64,000 bases of DNA from Candidatus Bipolaricaulota bacterium (GTDB lineage Bacteria > Bipolaricaulota > Bipolaricaulia > UBA7950 > UBA9294): contig JAUWPW010000002.1 of assembly GCA_030611415.1 (NCBI GenBank), forward strand, positions 19,761-83,760, written 5' to 3'. Below, piece after piece: positions 39,850 through 47,949 of this stretch; the first letter of the stretch is position 1; every line of letters starts with the position of its first letter. The notes under the pieces were generated by a model. The model ran no database searches. It saw nothing but the letters and a program-made list of their open reading frames with translations, and was not told the origin of the DNA. The position numbers and the translations under genes were made by a program.

Positions 39850-40995
39850 GTGGGTGTAAGAGAGATCCTTCGCAAGTGGGGAGTTACCGACTTCCAAGTG
39901 ATCGATAAGAAGGCGCTTTCGGAGATCACCTTAGGTGCGTCGATCCTGGCCACCGGAGGCGGGGGAGATCCTGAGATCGGCCTTCTGTGGGCGTATAACG
40001 TGGTCGATCAGGGAAAGGAGATCCTCCTTATTGACCCTGAGGCGATGCCCGATGAGGCTTTGGCGGCGATCGCCGGGTGCCTTGGAGCAGCGCTTGTTCT
40101 CACCGAGAAACCACCGAATGGTCAAGAGCTCTTCTGGTGTTATGACAGTCTGCGCCGTTACATGGGCAAGTCGATCGAGGCTGTTGTTCCCCCGGAGGCC
40201 GGTGGGGTCAATACGCCGGTCCCGATGGCCGTGGCTGGGGCAGTCGGGATTCCCGTCATCGACGCCGATGGTATGGGACGCGCCTTTCCCGAGCTGCAGA
40301 TGACCTCCTTCTACATCCACGGGGTCTCCCCGTCGCCAACGGCGGCGGCGGATGAGAAGGGACACGTGACTATCTGCGACGCATCAGATGCACTGCTGAC
40401 GGAGCGGATCATCCGCAACGCGGCGATGGCCTACGGGGGTATCTCATGGATCGCGGGGTATCCGATGACCGGGCGCCAGCTCAAGGATACGGCGATCTTG
40501 CGATCTATATCCATGGCCTGGGATCTGGGGAAGCGCGTATTCAACGCGCGGCGCAAGCACCTCGATCCTATTGCTGAGGCTATTAATCTCACCGGAGGAT
40601 ACCGTGCGTTTCAAGGGAAGATCGTCGACATCGATCGGGAATTCGGGGCGGAGAAGACTAAGGGTTTCTCCCTTGGGCGGATCACGGTGGAGGGGACCGA
40701 CGATTTCAAGGGACGGACCGTCGTCGTCGATTTCCAGAACGAGTGGTTGAACCTGGAGATCGATGGAGAAGTTCGCTGCATGCCGCCGGATCTGATCTGC
40801 ATCCTCGACCCGGCGACCGGGGAACCGATCCGCACAGACATCGTGCGCTACGGATATCGAGGGACTGTGCTTCTCATCCCCGCACACGAACGGATGCGGA
40901 CAGAACGGGGGATCGCCACGTTCGGTCCTCGCTACTTCGGTTACGATCGGGACTACATCCCTGTGGAGAGGCTCATGGAGAGCACAAGTGGATGA
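39850..40995 (+). CDS. DUF917-family protein, copy 2 (paralog of 37285..38463)
   Basis: Same motifs as copy 1 (ASILATGGGGDPEIGLLW, GGVNTP...GIPVIDADGMGRAFPELQMT), high identity by eye; GTG after AAGGAG. Confidence 0.7.
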   Translation: MGVREILRKWGVTDFQVIDKKALSEITLGASILATGGGGDPEIGLLWAYNVVDQGKEILLIDPEAMPDEALAAIAGCLGAALVLTEKPPNGQELFWCYDSLRRYMGKSIEAVVPPEAGGVNTPVPMAVAGAVGIPVIDADGMGRAFPELQMTSFYIHGVSPSPTAAADEKGHVTICDASDALLTERIIRNAAMAYGGISWIAGYPMTGRQLKDTAILRSISMAWDLGKRVFNARRKHLDPIAEAINLTGGYRAFQGKIVDIDREFGAEKTKGFSLGRITVEGTDDFKGRTVVVDFQNEWLNLEIDGEVRCMPPDLICILDPATGEPIRTDIVRYGYRGTVLLIPAHERMRTERGIATFGPRYFGYDRDYIPVERLMESTSG

Positions 40996-41975
40996 GGATT
41001 CAGCGTTTTGTCCAAGTCGTCGACACTCATACTGCTGGTGAACCGACGCGTGTGGTCCTTGACGGACTTCCTCCCATCCCCGGCAAAACGATGGCCGAGC
41101 GGCGTGCGTGGTTCGATGGACCGGGCAACGACCTGCGGCGGTTCCTCCTGCGGGAACCACGTGGACACACGGATATGTTCGGAGCAGTTATCACCCCGCC
41201 CATTAACCCGGCAGCAGATTATGGACTGATCTTCCTCGATAACGGCGGGACGCTTTCGATGTGCGGGCATGGAACGATCGGAGCAGTGACCGCCCTGGCT
41301 GAACTAGGACGAATCCACAAGAAAGAGGTTCTACTCGATACTCCATCCGGCCTTGTGACCTGTCACCTTCATTGGAAAGAGGGCGAGGTTCAGGATGTTA
41401 CCTTTCGTAATGTTCCTTCTTTCTTCCTAAGGACTGTGCAATGGAAAGGGGTCCCGCTTCACCTTTCCTACGGGGGGAATCTCTTTGCTCTAGTGGAGGC
41501 AAGTTCCCTGGGCGTTGAACTTAAGCGGCAGAATATACGTGAGATCGTGGATCTTGGAATGATGATCAGAAGCTGGACCAACCGGAACCTCACCTTTCAC
41601 CATCCCGCGACAGGGAATCCTTTGTTAGTAGATCTGGTGGAATTCTACGAGGAGACCGATCCTCCGAGGAATGTTGTCGTTTTCGGAAGGGGACAGGTCG
41701 ACCGGTCCCCTTGTGGAACGGGAACCTGCGCCAAGATGGCTTTTCTCCACGCGGAAGGGAAGCTCGCTGTGGGGGAGGAATACCGCTACCAAAGCATCTT
41801 GAAGACAGAGTTTACAGGAAAAATAATCTCTGAGACGAACGTAGGAGATACCCCAGGGATCATCCCCGAGGTGAGAGGATCTGCTTACGTAATGGCTCTT
41901 GGCTCCCTCGTTCTTACGAAGGACGATCCGTTTCCGGCAGGCTTTGATCTGGAAAATGAAGAGGTAAAGCACTAA
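40992..41975 (+). CDS. proline racemase / 4-hydroxyproline 2-epimerase family enzyme (Cys/Cys type)
   Basis: MRIQRFVQVVDTHTAGEPTRVV N-terminus; both catalytic Cys motifs (SMCGHGTIG and DRSPCGTGTCAKMA). ATGA overlap with DUF917 copy 2. Confidence 0.85.
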   Translation: MRIQRFVQVVDTHTAGEPTRVVLDGLPPIPGKTMAERRAWFDGPGNDLRRFLLREPRGHTDMFGAVITPPINPAADYGLIFLDNGGTLSMCGHGTIGAVTALAELGRIHKKEVLLDTPSGLVTCHLHWKEGEVQDVTFRNVPSFFLRTVQWKGVPLHLSYGGNLFALVEASSLGVELKRQNIREIVDLGMMIRSWTNRNLTFHHPATGNPLLVDLVEFYEETDPPRNVVVFGRGQVDRSPCGTGTCAKMAFLHAEGKLAVGEEYRYQSILKTEFTGKIISETNVGDTPGIIPEVRGSAYVMALGSLVLTKDDPFPAGFDLENEEVKH

Positions 41976-42053
41976 CATCGAGCGAAAAATGAGGGTGCCG
42001 TATTGTCGTCACGAGAGCCAAGCTGGTTTAGCAGAGGCACAATCAGGGAGAAC

Positions 42054-44150
42054 ATGACAGACTATCGAATCAAGAAACATCCTATTTTGTCGGTTGAATC
42101 AAGCAAGAACATCACCTTCTATTGGCAGGGACAACCGCTTATCGCCAAGGAAGGCGAGATGATTACTTCTGCTCTTTTTGCCAATGGAGTCAAGACCTTT
42201 GGACATCATTCCAAAGATGGTGCGCCGCAGGGTATCTTTTGTGCCAATGGTCAGTGCGCCCAATGCCTGGTAATTGCGGAGGGGGTACCGGTAAAGGCCT
42301 GTATGACGCCAGTTGAGGCAGGTATGCGCGTCGAGCCAAGTGCTGGCTTGCCTGATCTGCCCAAGGTAGAACAAGTTCCATCTATGAGCAAAACGGAAAG
42401 CATAGCCGTGCCTGTGCTCATTATCGGTGGCGGCCCGGCAGGAATGTCAGCAGCTGCCGAACTTGGAAGCCACGGGATCAGAGCGCTACTTGTAGATGAC
42501 AGGCATCGCCTGGGAGGGAAGCTTGTATTACAAACTCATCGCTTTTTTGGTTCTACCAATGCTGTTCACGCTGGAACACGGGGAATTGATATTGCTACAC
42601 AACTGGAGAACGAGACCAAGAAACATGACACAACCGATGTCTGGCTAAATAGCGTAGCTGTTGCAGTTTTCAGCGATCACAAAGTAGGTATTCTCCAGGA
42701 TAACAGAACCTATGTTCTTGTTCGACCACAGGTACTACTGGTAGCAACAGGAGCACGTGAACGGTCACTGGTCTTTAGGGGAAACACGCTGCCGGGTGTT
42801 TATGGTGCTGGGGCGTTTCAAACACTGGTCAATCGTGACTTGGTAAAACCTAGCAAACGGTTGTTTATCGTCGGTGGAGGGAATGTTGGATTAATTGCTG
42901 GCTATCACGCCCTTCAAGCCGGCATCCAAGTGGTAGGGTTAGTTGAGGCTTTGCCCGAGTGCGGCGGCTACAAAGTCCACAGGGATAAGTTGGTTCGCAT
43001 GGGCGTCCCTATTTACACTTCGCATACTGTTCTTAGTGCCAATGGTGAAACGCAAGTGAAATCTGTAACGATTGCTCGAGTTGACGAACATTTCCAAGCG
43101 ATTCGCGGAACGGAGAAATCATTTGCCTGTGACACAGTATTGATTGCCGTGGGATTGAATCCCGTGAATGAGTTCTACGAAAAGGCCCAGGAATACAAGA
43201 TGCAAGTATTTGCTGCGGGTGATGCACAAGAGATTGCCGAGGCATCCGCGGCAATGTTCACTGGTAAGATTGCGGGGCTAAAAGTAGCTAGAGCGCTTGG
43301 GGTAGATGTTGGGGAAATCCCTTCGGAATGGGCCCGGATGGCTGAGATCCTCAAGTCTGGTCATGGAAAAGTTGACCCGGAAGGAATTCCGACTCAGACG
43401 GAAGGTGTCTTTCCTATTCTTCACTGTTACCAAGAAATCCCGTGTGATCCTTGCGCATATGCTTGCCCATTAGGACTCATTGACATTGATGAAAGTGATA
43501 TCAGACATCGTCCCAAGTTTATCGGGCCTGAGATTGGCAAGAAGTGCATTGGCTGCGAGAATTGCATTACAGCTTGCCCGGGACTGGCAATCACATTGGT
43601 TGATTACCGGCAGGACAAACAGATGCCAACTGTGGCTCTTGCTTATGAGTTTCTTCAAGAGAGTATCAAGCAAGGGCAAACCGTTACCGTAGTCGACACT
43701 GAGGGAGAGGTGCTGGGTGAAGTAGAAGTGAAAAGCGTTCAACTCGCTGCAAAGAGAGATCATACTGCGGTTGTGAAAGTAGAGGCTCCCAAAGCTTATG
43801 CCAAACGCATTGCCGGAATCCGCGTACAGAAACCGTTGGTGTCTGCTCCGCTATCTGAGGTACCCGAGAACATGAAAGATGAGATGATCGTATGTCGCTG
43901 TGAACGGGTGACTGCAGGTGAAATCCGTCAACTGATTCGCGAGGGCTGCCGTGACATGAACGAGATCAAAGCGATAACACGAGCGGGAATGGGCGCATGC
44001 GGCGGTAAGACTTGCACTGAACTAATCAGACGAATCTTCCGTGAGGAAGGGATTTGTATAGAAGAGGTCAGCGAACTCGTTAAGCGTCCGTTGTTTGTTG
44101 AAGTTCCATTTGGGTCCTTCGCTGGCGTGAAGGAGGATAACGATGGATAG
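42054..44150 (+). CDS. Fe-S flavoprotein oxidoreductase alpha-like subunit (N-terminal 2Fe-2S, FAD/NAD(P) domain, 4Fe-4S, BFD-like 2Fe-2S)
   Basis: Cys clusters CANGQCAQC..C, CIGCENCITACP and CRCERVTAGEIR...ACGGKTC; GGGPAG and GGGNVG dinucleotide folds. Architecture like OoxA/HcnB/PdhA-type subunits. Start ATG 42054 or TTG 42003. Confidence 0.75.
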   Translation: MTDYRIKKHPILSVESSKNITFYWQGQPLIAKEGEMITSALFANGVKTFGHHSKDGAPQGIFCANGQCAQCLVIAEGVPVKACMTPVEAGMRVEPSAGLPDLPKVEQVPSMSKTESIAVPVLIIGGGPAGMSAAAELGSHGIRALLVDDRHRLGGKLVLQTHRFFGSTNAVHAGTRGIDIATQLENETKKHDTTDVWLNSVAVAVFSDHKVGILQDNRTYVLVRPQVLLVATGARERSLVFRGNTLPGVYGAGAFQTLVNRDLVKPSKRLFIVGGGNVGLIAGYHALQAGIQVVGLVEALPECGGYKVHRDKLVRMGVPIYTSHTVLSANGETQVKSVTIARVDEHFQAIRGTEKSFACDTVLIAVGLNPVNEFYEKAQEYKMQVFAAGDAQEIAEASAAMFTGKIAGLKVARALGVDVGEIPSEWARMAEILKSGHGKVDPEGIPTQTEGVFPILHCYQEIPCDPCAYACPLGLIDIDESDIRHRPKFIGPEIGKKCIGCENCITACPGLAITLVDYRQDKQMPTVALAYEFLQESIKQGQTVTVVDTEGEVLGEVEVKSVQLAAKRDHTAVVKVEAPKAYAKRIAGIRVQKPLVSAPLSEVPENMKDEMIVCRCERVTAGEIRQLIREGCRDMNEIKAITRAGMGACGGKTCTELIRRIFREEGICIEEVSELVKRPLFVEVPFGSFAGVKEDNDG

Positions 44151-45297
44151 TCATGACGTTATCATCATCGGTGCGGGAAGTGTGGGTATTCCTGCTGCCC
44201 TGGCAATGGCACGGGCCGGTCTCAAGATATTGGTGCTTGATAGGTTTGCCAGTGAGGGTCAAGGTTCAAGCAAATCTGCGATCGGCGGTGTCCGTGCCAC
44301 TCACTCTGACCCAACAAAGATCCGTTTGTGTAAGCGTTCCCTCGAAATCCTTTCTACATGGAAAGAAACTTATGGCCATGACATTGAATGGACTACAGGT
44401 GGCTATTCGTTTGTTGCCTACCGCGAGCAAGAGGAGAAAACACTTAAAGATTTGCTTAGAATACAACGCGCCTATGAGCTCAATATTGATTGGTGTGACA
44501 GGAATGAATTGCTCGATGTCATCCCCGATCTGAACCCAATCGATCTTATCGGCGGAACCTTCTCGCCCGATGATGGTCATTGCTCTACCCTGCTTGTTGC
44601 CCACGCTCTATACGAAGAGGCAAAGCGCACAGGAGCAGTCTTTCACTTTGGCGAGACGGTTGAAGCCATTCTCATCAACGGAGGACGTATACAGGGGGTA
44701 AGAACCAATAGGTGCGAATACCCCGCTAGGGTAGTACTAAATGCTGCCGGAGCGTGGGCAAAGCAAGTGGGAAGAATGGTGGGGTTTGAACACCCTGTGA
44801 ATCCCGATTCTCACGAAGCAGGAATTACTGAACCGGTTGCTCACTTTCTTGATCCAATGGTAGTTGATATCCGTCCCGCGCCAGGCTCACTAAACTACTA
44901 CTTCTACCAGCTTTCTACCGGACAGGTTGTATTCTGCATTACGCCAAGTCCAAGTATTTGGGGGTTTGACTGTTCAGAAACCAGCACATTCTTGCCAATG
45001 ATCTCCCATCGCATTGTTGACTTGATGCCACGACTGGCAAACATCCGCGTGCGTCGCAGTTGGCGTGGTCTTTACCCAATGACTCCGGATGGCTCACCAC
45101 TAGTTGGGTGGGCCAAGGAGATAGAGGGATATCTAATGGCAATTGGAATGTGTGGTCAGGGGCTCATGCTCGGGCCAGGTTTAGGCGAGCTTCTTGCTCG
45201 CATGGTCACACAAGACGAACTGTCTTCGAAAGATCAGGAAACCTTGGGATACCTGTCACCGTATCGAGATTTCTCTGCCGCGGAACAACTCAAATAG
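44143..45297 (+). CDS. FAD-dependent oxidoreductase beta-like subunit (DAO family; sarcosine-oxidase-beta / D-hydroxyproline dehydrogenase-like)
   Basis: DVIIIGAGSVGIPAALAMARAG FAD fold, 384 aa; AGGAGG SD; overlaps the alpha stop. Confidence 0.8.
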   Translation: MDSHDVIIIGAGSVGIPAALAMARAGLKILVLDRFASEGQGSSKSAIGGVRATHSDPTKIRLCKRSLEILSTWKETYGHDIEWTTGGYSFVAYREQEEKTLKDLLRIQRAYELNIDWCDRNELLDVIPDLNPIDLIGGTFSPDDGHCSTLLVAHALYEEAKRTGAVFHFGETVEAILINGGRIQGVRTNRCEYPARVVLNAAGAWAKQVGRMVGFEHPVNPDSHEAGITEPVAHFLDPMVVDIRPAPGSLNYYFYQLSTGQVVFCITPSPSIWGFDCSETSTFLPMISHRIVDLMPRLANIRVRRSWRGLYPMTPDGSPLVGWAKEIEGYLMAIGMCGQGLMLGPGLGELLARMVTQDELSSKDQETLGYLSPYRDFSAAEQLK

Positions 45298-45434
45298 CCT
45301 CGAACCCTAGAAAACAGCAAGTCTTTCTGTTGATACTCACCTAAATCTATCTACTTCTGACTAATTAATACAAGAAACGATTCTCTAAAAGCTAGTCACA
45401 ATCTGATAAATTCCCAACCTAACATGTTGTTCTC

Positions 45435-45463
45435 TTGACACAGGACATAATATATGATAAAAT
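45435..45463 (+). promoter_or_regulatory. sigma70-like promoter TTGACA-17-TAAAAT upstream of the glycine-zipper gene
   Basis: Read directly: TTGACA 45435-45440, 17-nt spacer, TAAAAT 45458-45463; sits in a 270-nt AT-rich intergenic region. Confidence 0.5.
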
Positions 45464-45563
45464 AGGAGTAGACCAGAGAAGAGAGTAAGAGGAGGTGTTA
45501 TATATGATGTTCTAGGTATTGATGGTTGTCTCTTTTGGATTATGACAATCTAGTGGACCTTTC

Positions 45564-45983
45564 ATGCCGTACACAAGGAGGCAAGAAGTGACGAAATTGA
45601 AGAGTGTTGTTAGCGTTATGCTGGTTCTATTGATGGTGACCGTACCGGTTTTCGGATCGTTTGCTCAAACTCCCGTCACAACAGCAAGTCAAGAACAAAG
45701 AGAGGATCAACTACTGGTTTGCCCCTTCCAACAGATAGAAAAACAAGGAGGTAAAGAAGTAGATGACGAGAAACTGGGAGAGGAAGAAGGGGAAGGATTC
45801 TTCACGTGGGCTGGAGCTACACTAGTGGGTGCAATCGGGGGAACAGTTACAGCAATTGGGGTCTACGGGGTAAGCAACTGGGGGCATTGGAGCACGCGTG
45901 GACTCGCTCATGCAGCACGAGTTGGCGCTGCGGCTGGTGCTGGCTGGGGTGCTACAGTGGGTTACTTCATCCCTTGGTTCTAA
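45564..45983 (+). CDS. secreted glycine-zipper protein (Sec signal, acidic linker, Gly/Ala-rich amphipathic C-terminus ending PWF)
   Basis: Signal peptide ...VVSVMLVLLMVTVPVFGSFA|QTP; C-terminal GATLVGAIGGTVTAIGVYGV and AAAGAGWGATVGYF GxxxG repeats. Alternative start GTG 45588 after AAGGAGG. Confidence 0.6.
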   Translation: MPYTRRQEVTKLKSVVSVMLVLLMVTVPVFGSFAQTPVTTASQEQREDQLLVCPFQQIEKQGGKEVDDEKLGEEEGEGFFTWAGATLVGAIGGTVTAIGVYGVSNWGHWSTRGLAHAARVGAAAGAGWGATVGYFIPWF

Positions 45984-46052
45984 TCAAATAGCACGTGATC
46001 ATGCCAGAGGCCAGATATCTACTGACCTCTGGCAAATAGAAGGAGTATGACA

Positions 46053-46361
46053 ATGCCATACTGGCTTACCTATCTAGAGCTAACAGCTTTAGGAGTGCTC
46101 TTGTTCTTTGTTATTGGCATAACGTGTGTTGCTTGCATTGTGTTCTTTCGATGCATAGTAATGCACAAGGGGCTTAACGATACAGTGCGGTACTGCAAGA
46201 TGTATAAATGGACAATTCTCTTGGTAGTAGCCATAACGGTACTGTTTTGGGGTCTGCATATGGGAATAAGGATACCGTGCTTCTCGATTATTGAGACTGG
46301 CCTTTTTGTTATAGGAACCATTTGGGTAGCTCGAGGAGTGCTTCCAGCACTGTTTACATGA
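46053..46361 (+). CDS. small 3-TM membrane protein (immunity-protein-like)
   Basis: About 102 aa, three hydrophobic helices; AGGAG SD 8 nt upstream; ATGA overlap with the next gene. Confidence 0.55.
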   Translation: MPYWLTYLELTALGVLLFFVIGITCVACIVFFRCIVMHKGLNDTVRYCKMYKWTILLVVAITVLFWGLHMGIRIPCFSIIETGLFVIGTIWVARGVLPALFT

Positions 46362-47053
46362 ATCCTGCCACGCACAACAACCCACCTAGTTTCCATCATA
46401 GCATAACAGGTTTGTTCCTGGCAGGCATTATCACGGCCACATTCTGGCTCTCAACCAACGGGTGGCCAGTGATCTCTTACAGGGAGCTCAGATACGAGAA
46501 CGTCGATCGACAAGAGGACTTTTACAGCTGTGGGCCAGCTGCACTTGCCACTATCTTCTCAGACTTCTTTGGAGTTCAGGTTAGTGAGAATGAATTTGCC
46601 AACTTCATTTCACATTATTCACGCCAGGATCCAGACAACAAATCAACCAAAGAGATTCCAGAGAACGGTGTTTCAATGCTCGATTTGAAACAGGCCAGTA
46701 TCAAGAAAGGGATCCCAGCTAAGGGATATGAAATACCCAAAGGTAACCTGGGCACAATCTTACACGAGCTCTCCCTACCCGTCCTAATTCACTTGGATAC
46801 ACCTGATGAACACTTTGTGGTCGCGGTAACTCAGGTTGGCCAGAGAATTGTGTTGGCTGATCCCTCATGGGGAATGAGGGTGATTTCTTTGGCAGAGCTT
46901 TGTCGGTGCTGGGACGGATTAGTCTTAGCATTCGCTCCAAACCAAAGAAGTGCGGATCGAGTCAAAGTGGTAATCCGACAGATTCAAGGAAAGATAGTGG
47001 AAGGAATGAAGACCCTTCAACTCTCCAAGATATTTCTATGGACACTGAGCTAA
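46358..47053 (+). CDS. membrane-anchored standalone papain-fold cysteine peptidase, C39-like domain
   Basis: N-terminal TM (GLFLAGIITATFWL), then DFYSCGPAALATIF (Cys), HFVVAV (His) and ADPSWG (Asp) in C39 order. Confidence 0.6.
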   Translation: MNPATHNNPPSFHHSITGLFLAGIITATFWLSTNGWPVISYRELRYENVDRQEDFYSCGPAALATIFSDFFGVQVSENEFANFISHYSRQDPDNKSTKEIPENGVSMLDLKQASIKKGIPAKGYEIPKGNLGTILHELSLPVLIHLDTPDEHFVVAVTQVGQRIVLADPSWGMRVISLAELCRCWDGLVLAFAPNQRSADRVKVVIRQIQGKIVEGMKTLQLSKIFLWTLS

Positions 47054-47793
47054 CTAAAAAGGTGTCGATTAGTATCATTTGCACACTAATAACACTTCTA
47101 CTCACTGCAACTACTGCCCAAGGGATAGATGCGCTCCAATTTCGGCAAGGAGAAAAGGCTTGGCAAATTACAGCACAAGTTTCAAGATACATCAATACCA
47201 TTCCGTACTATTCTGTAGATGATTGCGGCTTATGGCACAATGTTGACAAAACCGTTGGGCTCGTATTCAGCTTTGCCAGTTTCTTAGATATCACCAGCAA
47301 ATTGGCTGTTCAAGGCCAGTTCTCTCTTCATAGCGCCTCTGTATGGACTCGAAGGCTCAACCTTTACTACGGCACAGAACAGACCATAATGACTAAGACA
47401 AAAGAACTAGGACAAAGCTCTCTTAAGATAAGATACGTTTTTTACCAGACCCCAGACATAAAGGCCCATCTATCAATCCCCCTAATAGGGGACACTATCG
47501 GGATTGGATTCAGTTGGACGAGTGACCCTGTCATGGTTCTCCCAGAGATCAGGATTTCACCCACAGGCATTGAACTCCTGAGCGGGCTTACATTTGTCGC
47601 AAACACTAAGCTTGCACTAACGGCAAGAATACGCTTAGTAGAGCAAGCTGCTAGCTCAAAGATTGCCTTATCCATTGGCTTAGTTTACAGAAAAACAGAT
47701 TACGAAGGTGTTCAAGTTGTTGGAACAATAGTAAGGGGAGATTCCACTCAGGTAAATATCCAGCTAGGTGTATGTTATGGGAGAGAGCAGTAA
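47038..47793 (+). CDS. secreted beta-strand-rich protein (hypothetical)
   Basis: Signal peptide KKVSISIICTLITLLLTATTAQG followed by alternating hydrophobic/polar strands; overlaps the previous gene by 16 nt. Confidence 0.5.
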   Translation: MDTELTKKVSISIICTLITLLLTATTAQGIDALQFRQGEKAWQITAQVSRYINTIPYYSVDDCGLWHNVDKTVGLVFSFASFLDITSKLAVQGQFSLHSASVWTRRLNLYYGTEQTIMTKTKELGQSSLKIRYVFYQTPDIKAHLSIPLIGDTIGIGFSWTSDPVMVLPEIRISPTGIELLSGLTFVANTKLALTARIRLVEQAASSKIALSIGLVYRKTDYEGVQVVGTIVRGDSTQVNIQLGVCYGREQ

Positions 47794-47868
47794 CGACACC
47801 ACGCATTGACAACAACATGGCTTGACAGCGATCCATGATTGACTTATATTGCAACGTGGGATCTTATT

Positions 47869-47940
47869 GGGCCCATAGCTCAGCGGCAGAGCAACCGGCT
47901 CATAACCGGTCGGTCCCAGGTTCGAACCCTGGTGGGCCCA
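47869..47940 (+). tRNA. tRNA-Met (anticodon CAT; elongator type, could be tRNA-Ile2 if lysidinylated)
   Basis: Cloverleaf folds by hand: acceptor GGGCCCA/TGGGCCC, D stem GCTC/GAGC, anticodon stem ACCGG/CCGGT with loop CTCATAA, T stem CCAGG/CCTGG with TTCGAAC loop. The 1:72 pair is intact, so it is not an initiator. CCA not encoded. Confidence 0.85.
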
Positions 47941-47949
47941 CAGGAAACT

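Noticed and set aside
47839-47949. N-terminal extension of the RNase H-like ORF (MTYIATWDLIGPIAQRQSNRLITGRSQVRTLVGPQET)
   Set aside because: This is the tRNA-Met gene translated; real start is ATG 47950 with AGGAAA SD.
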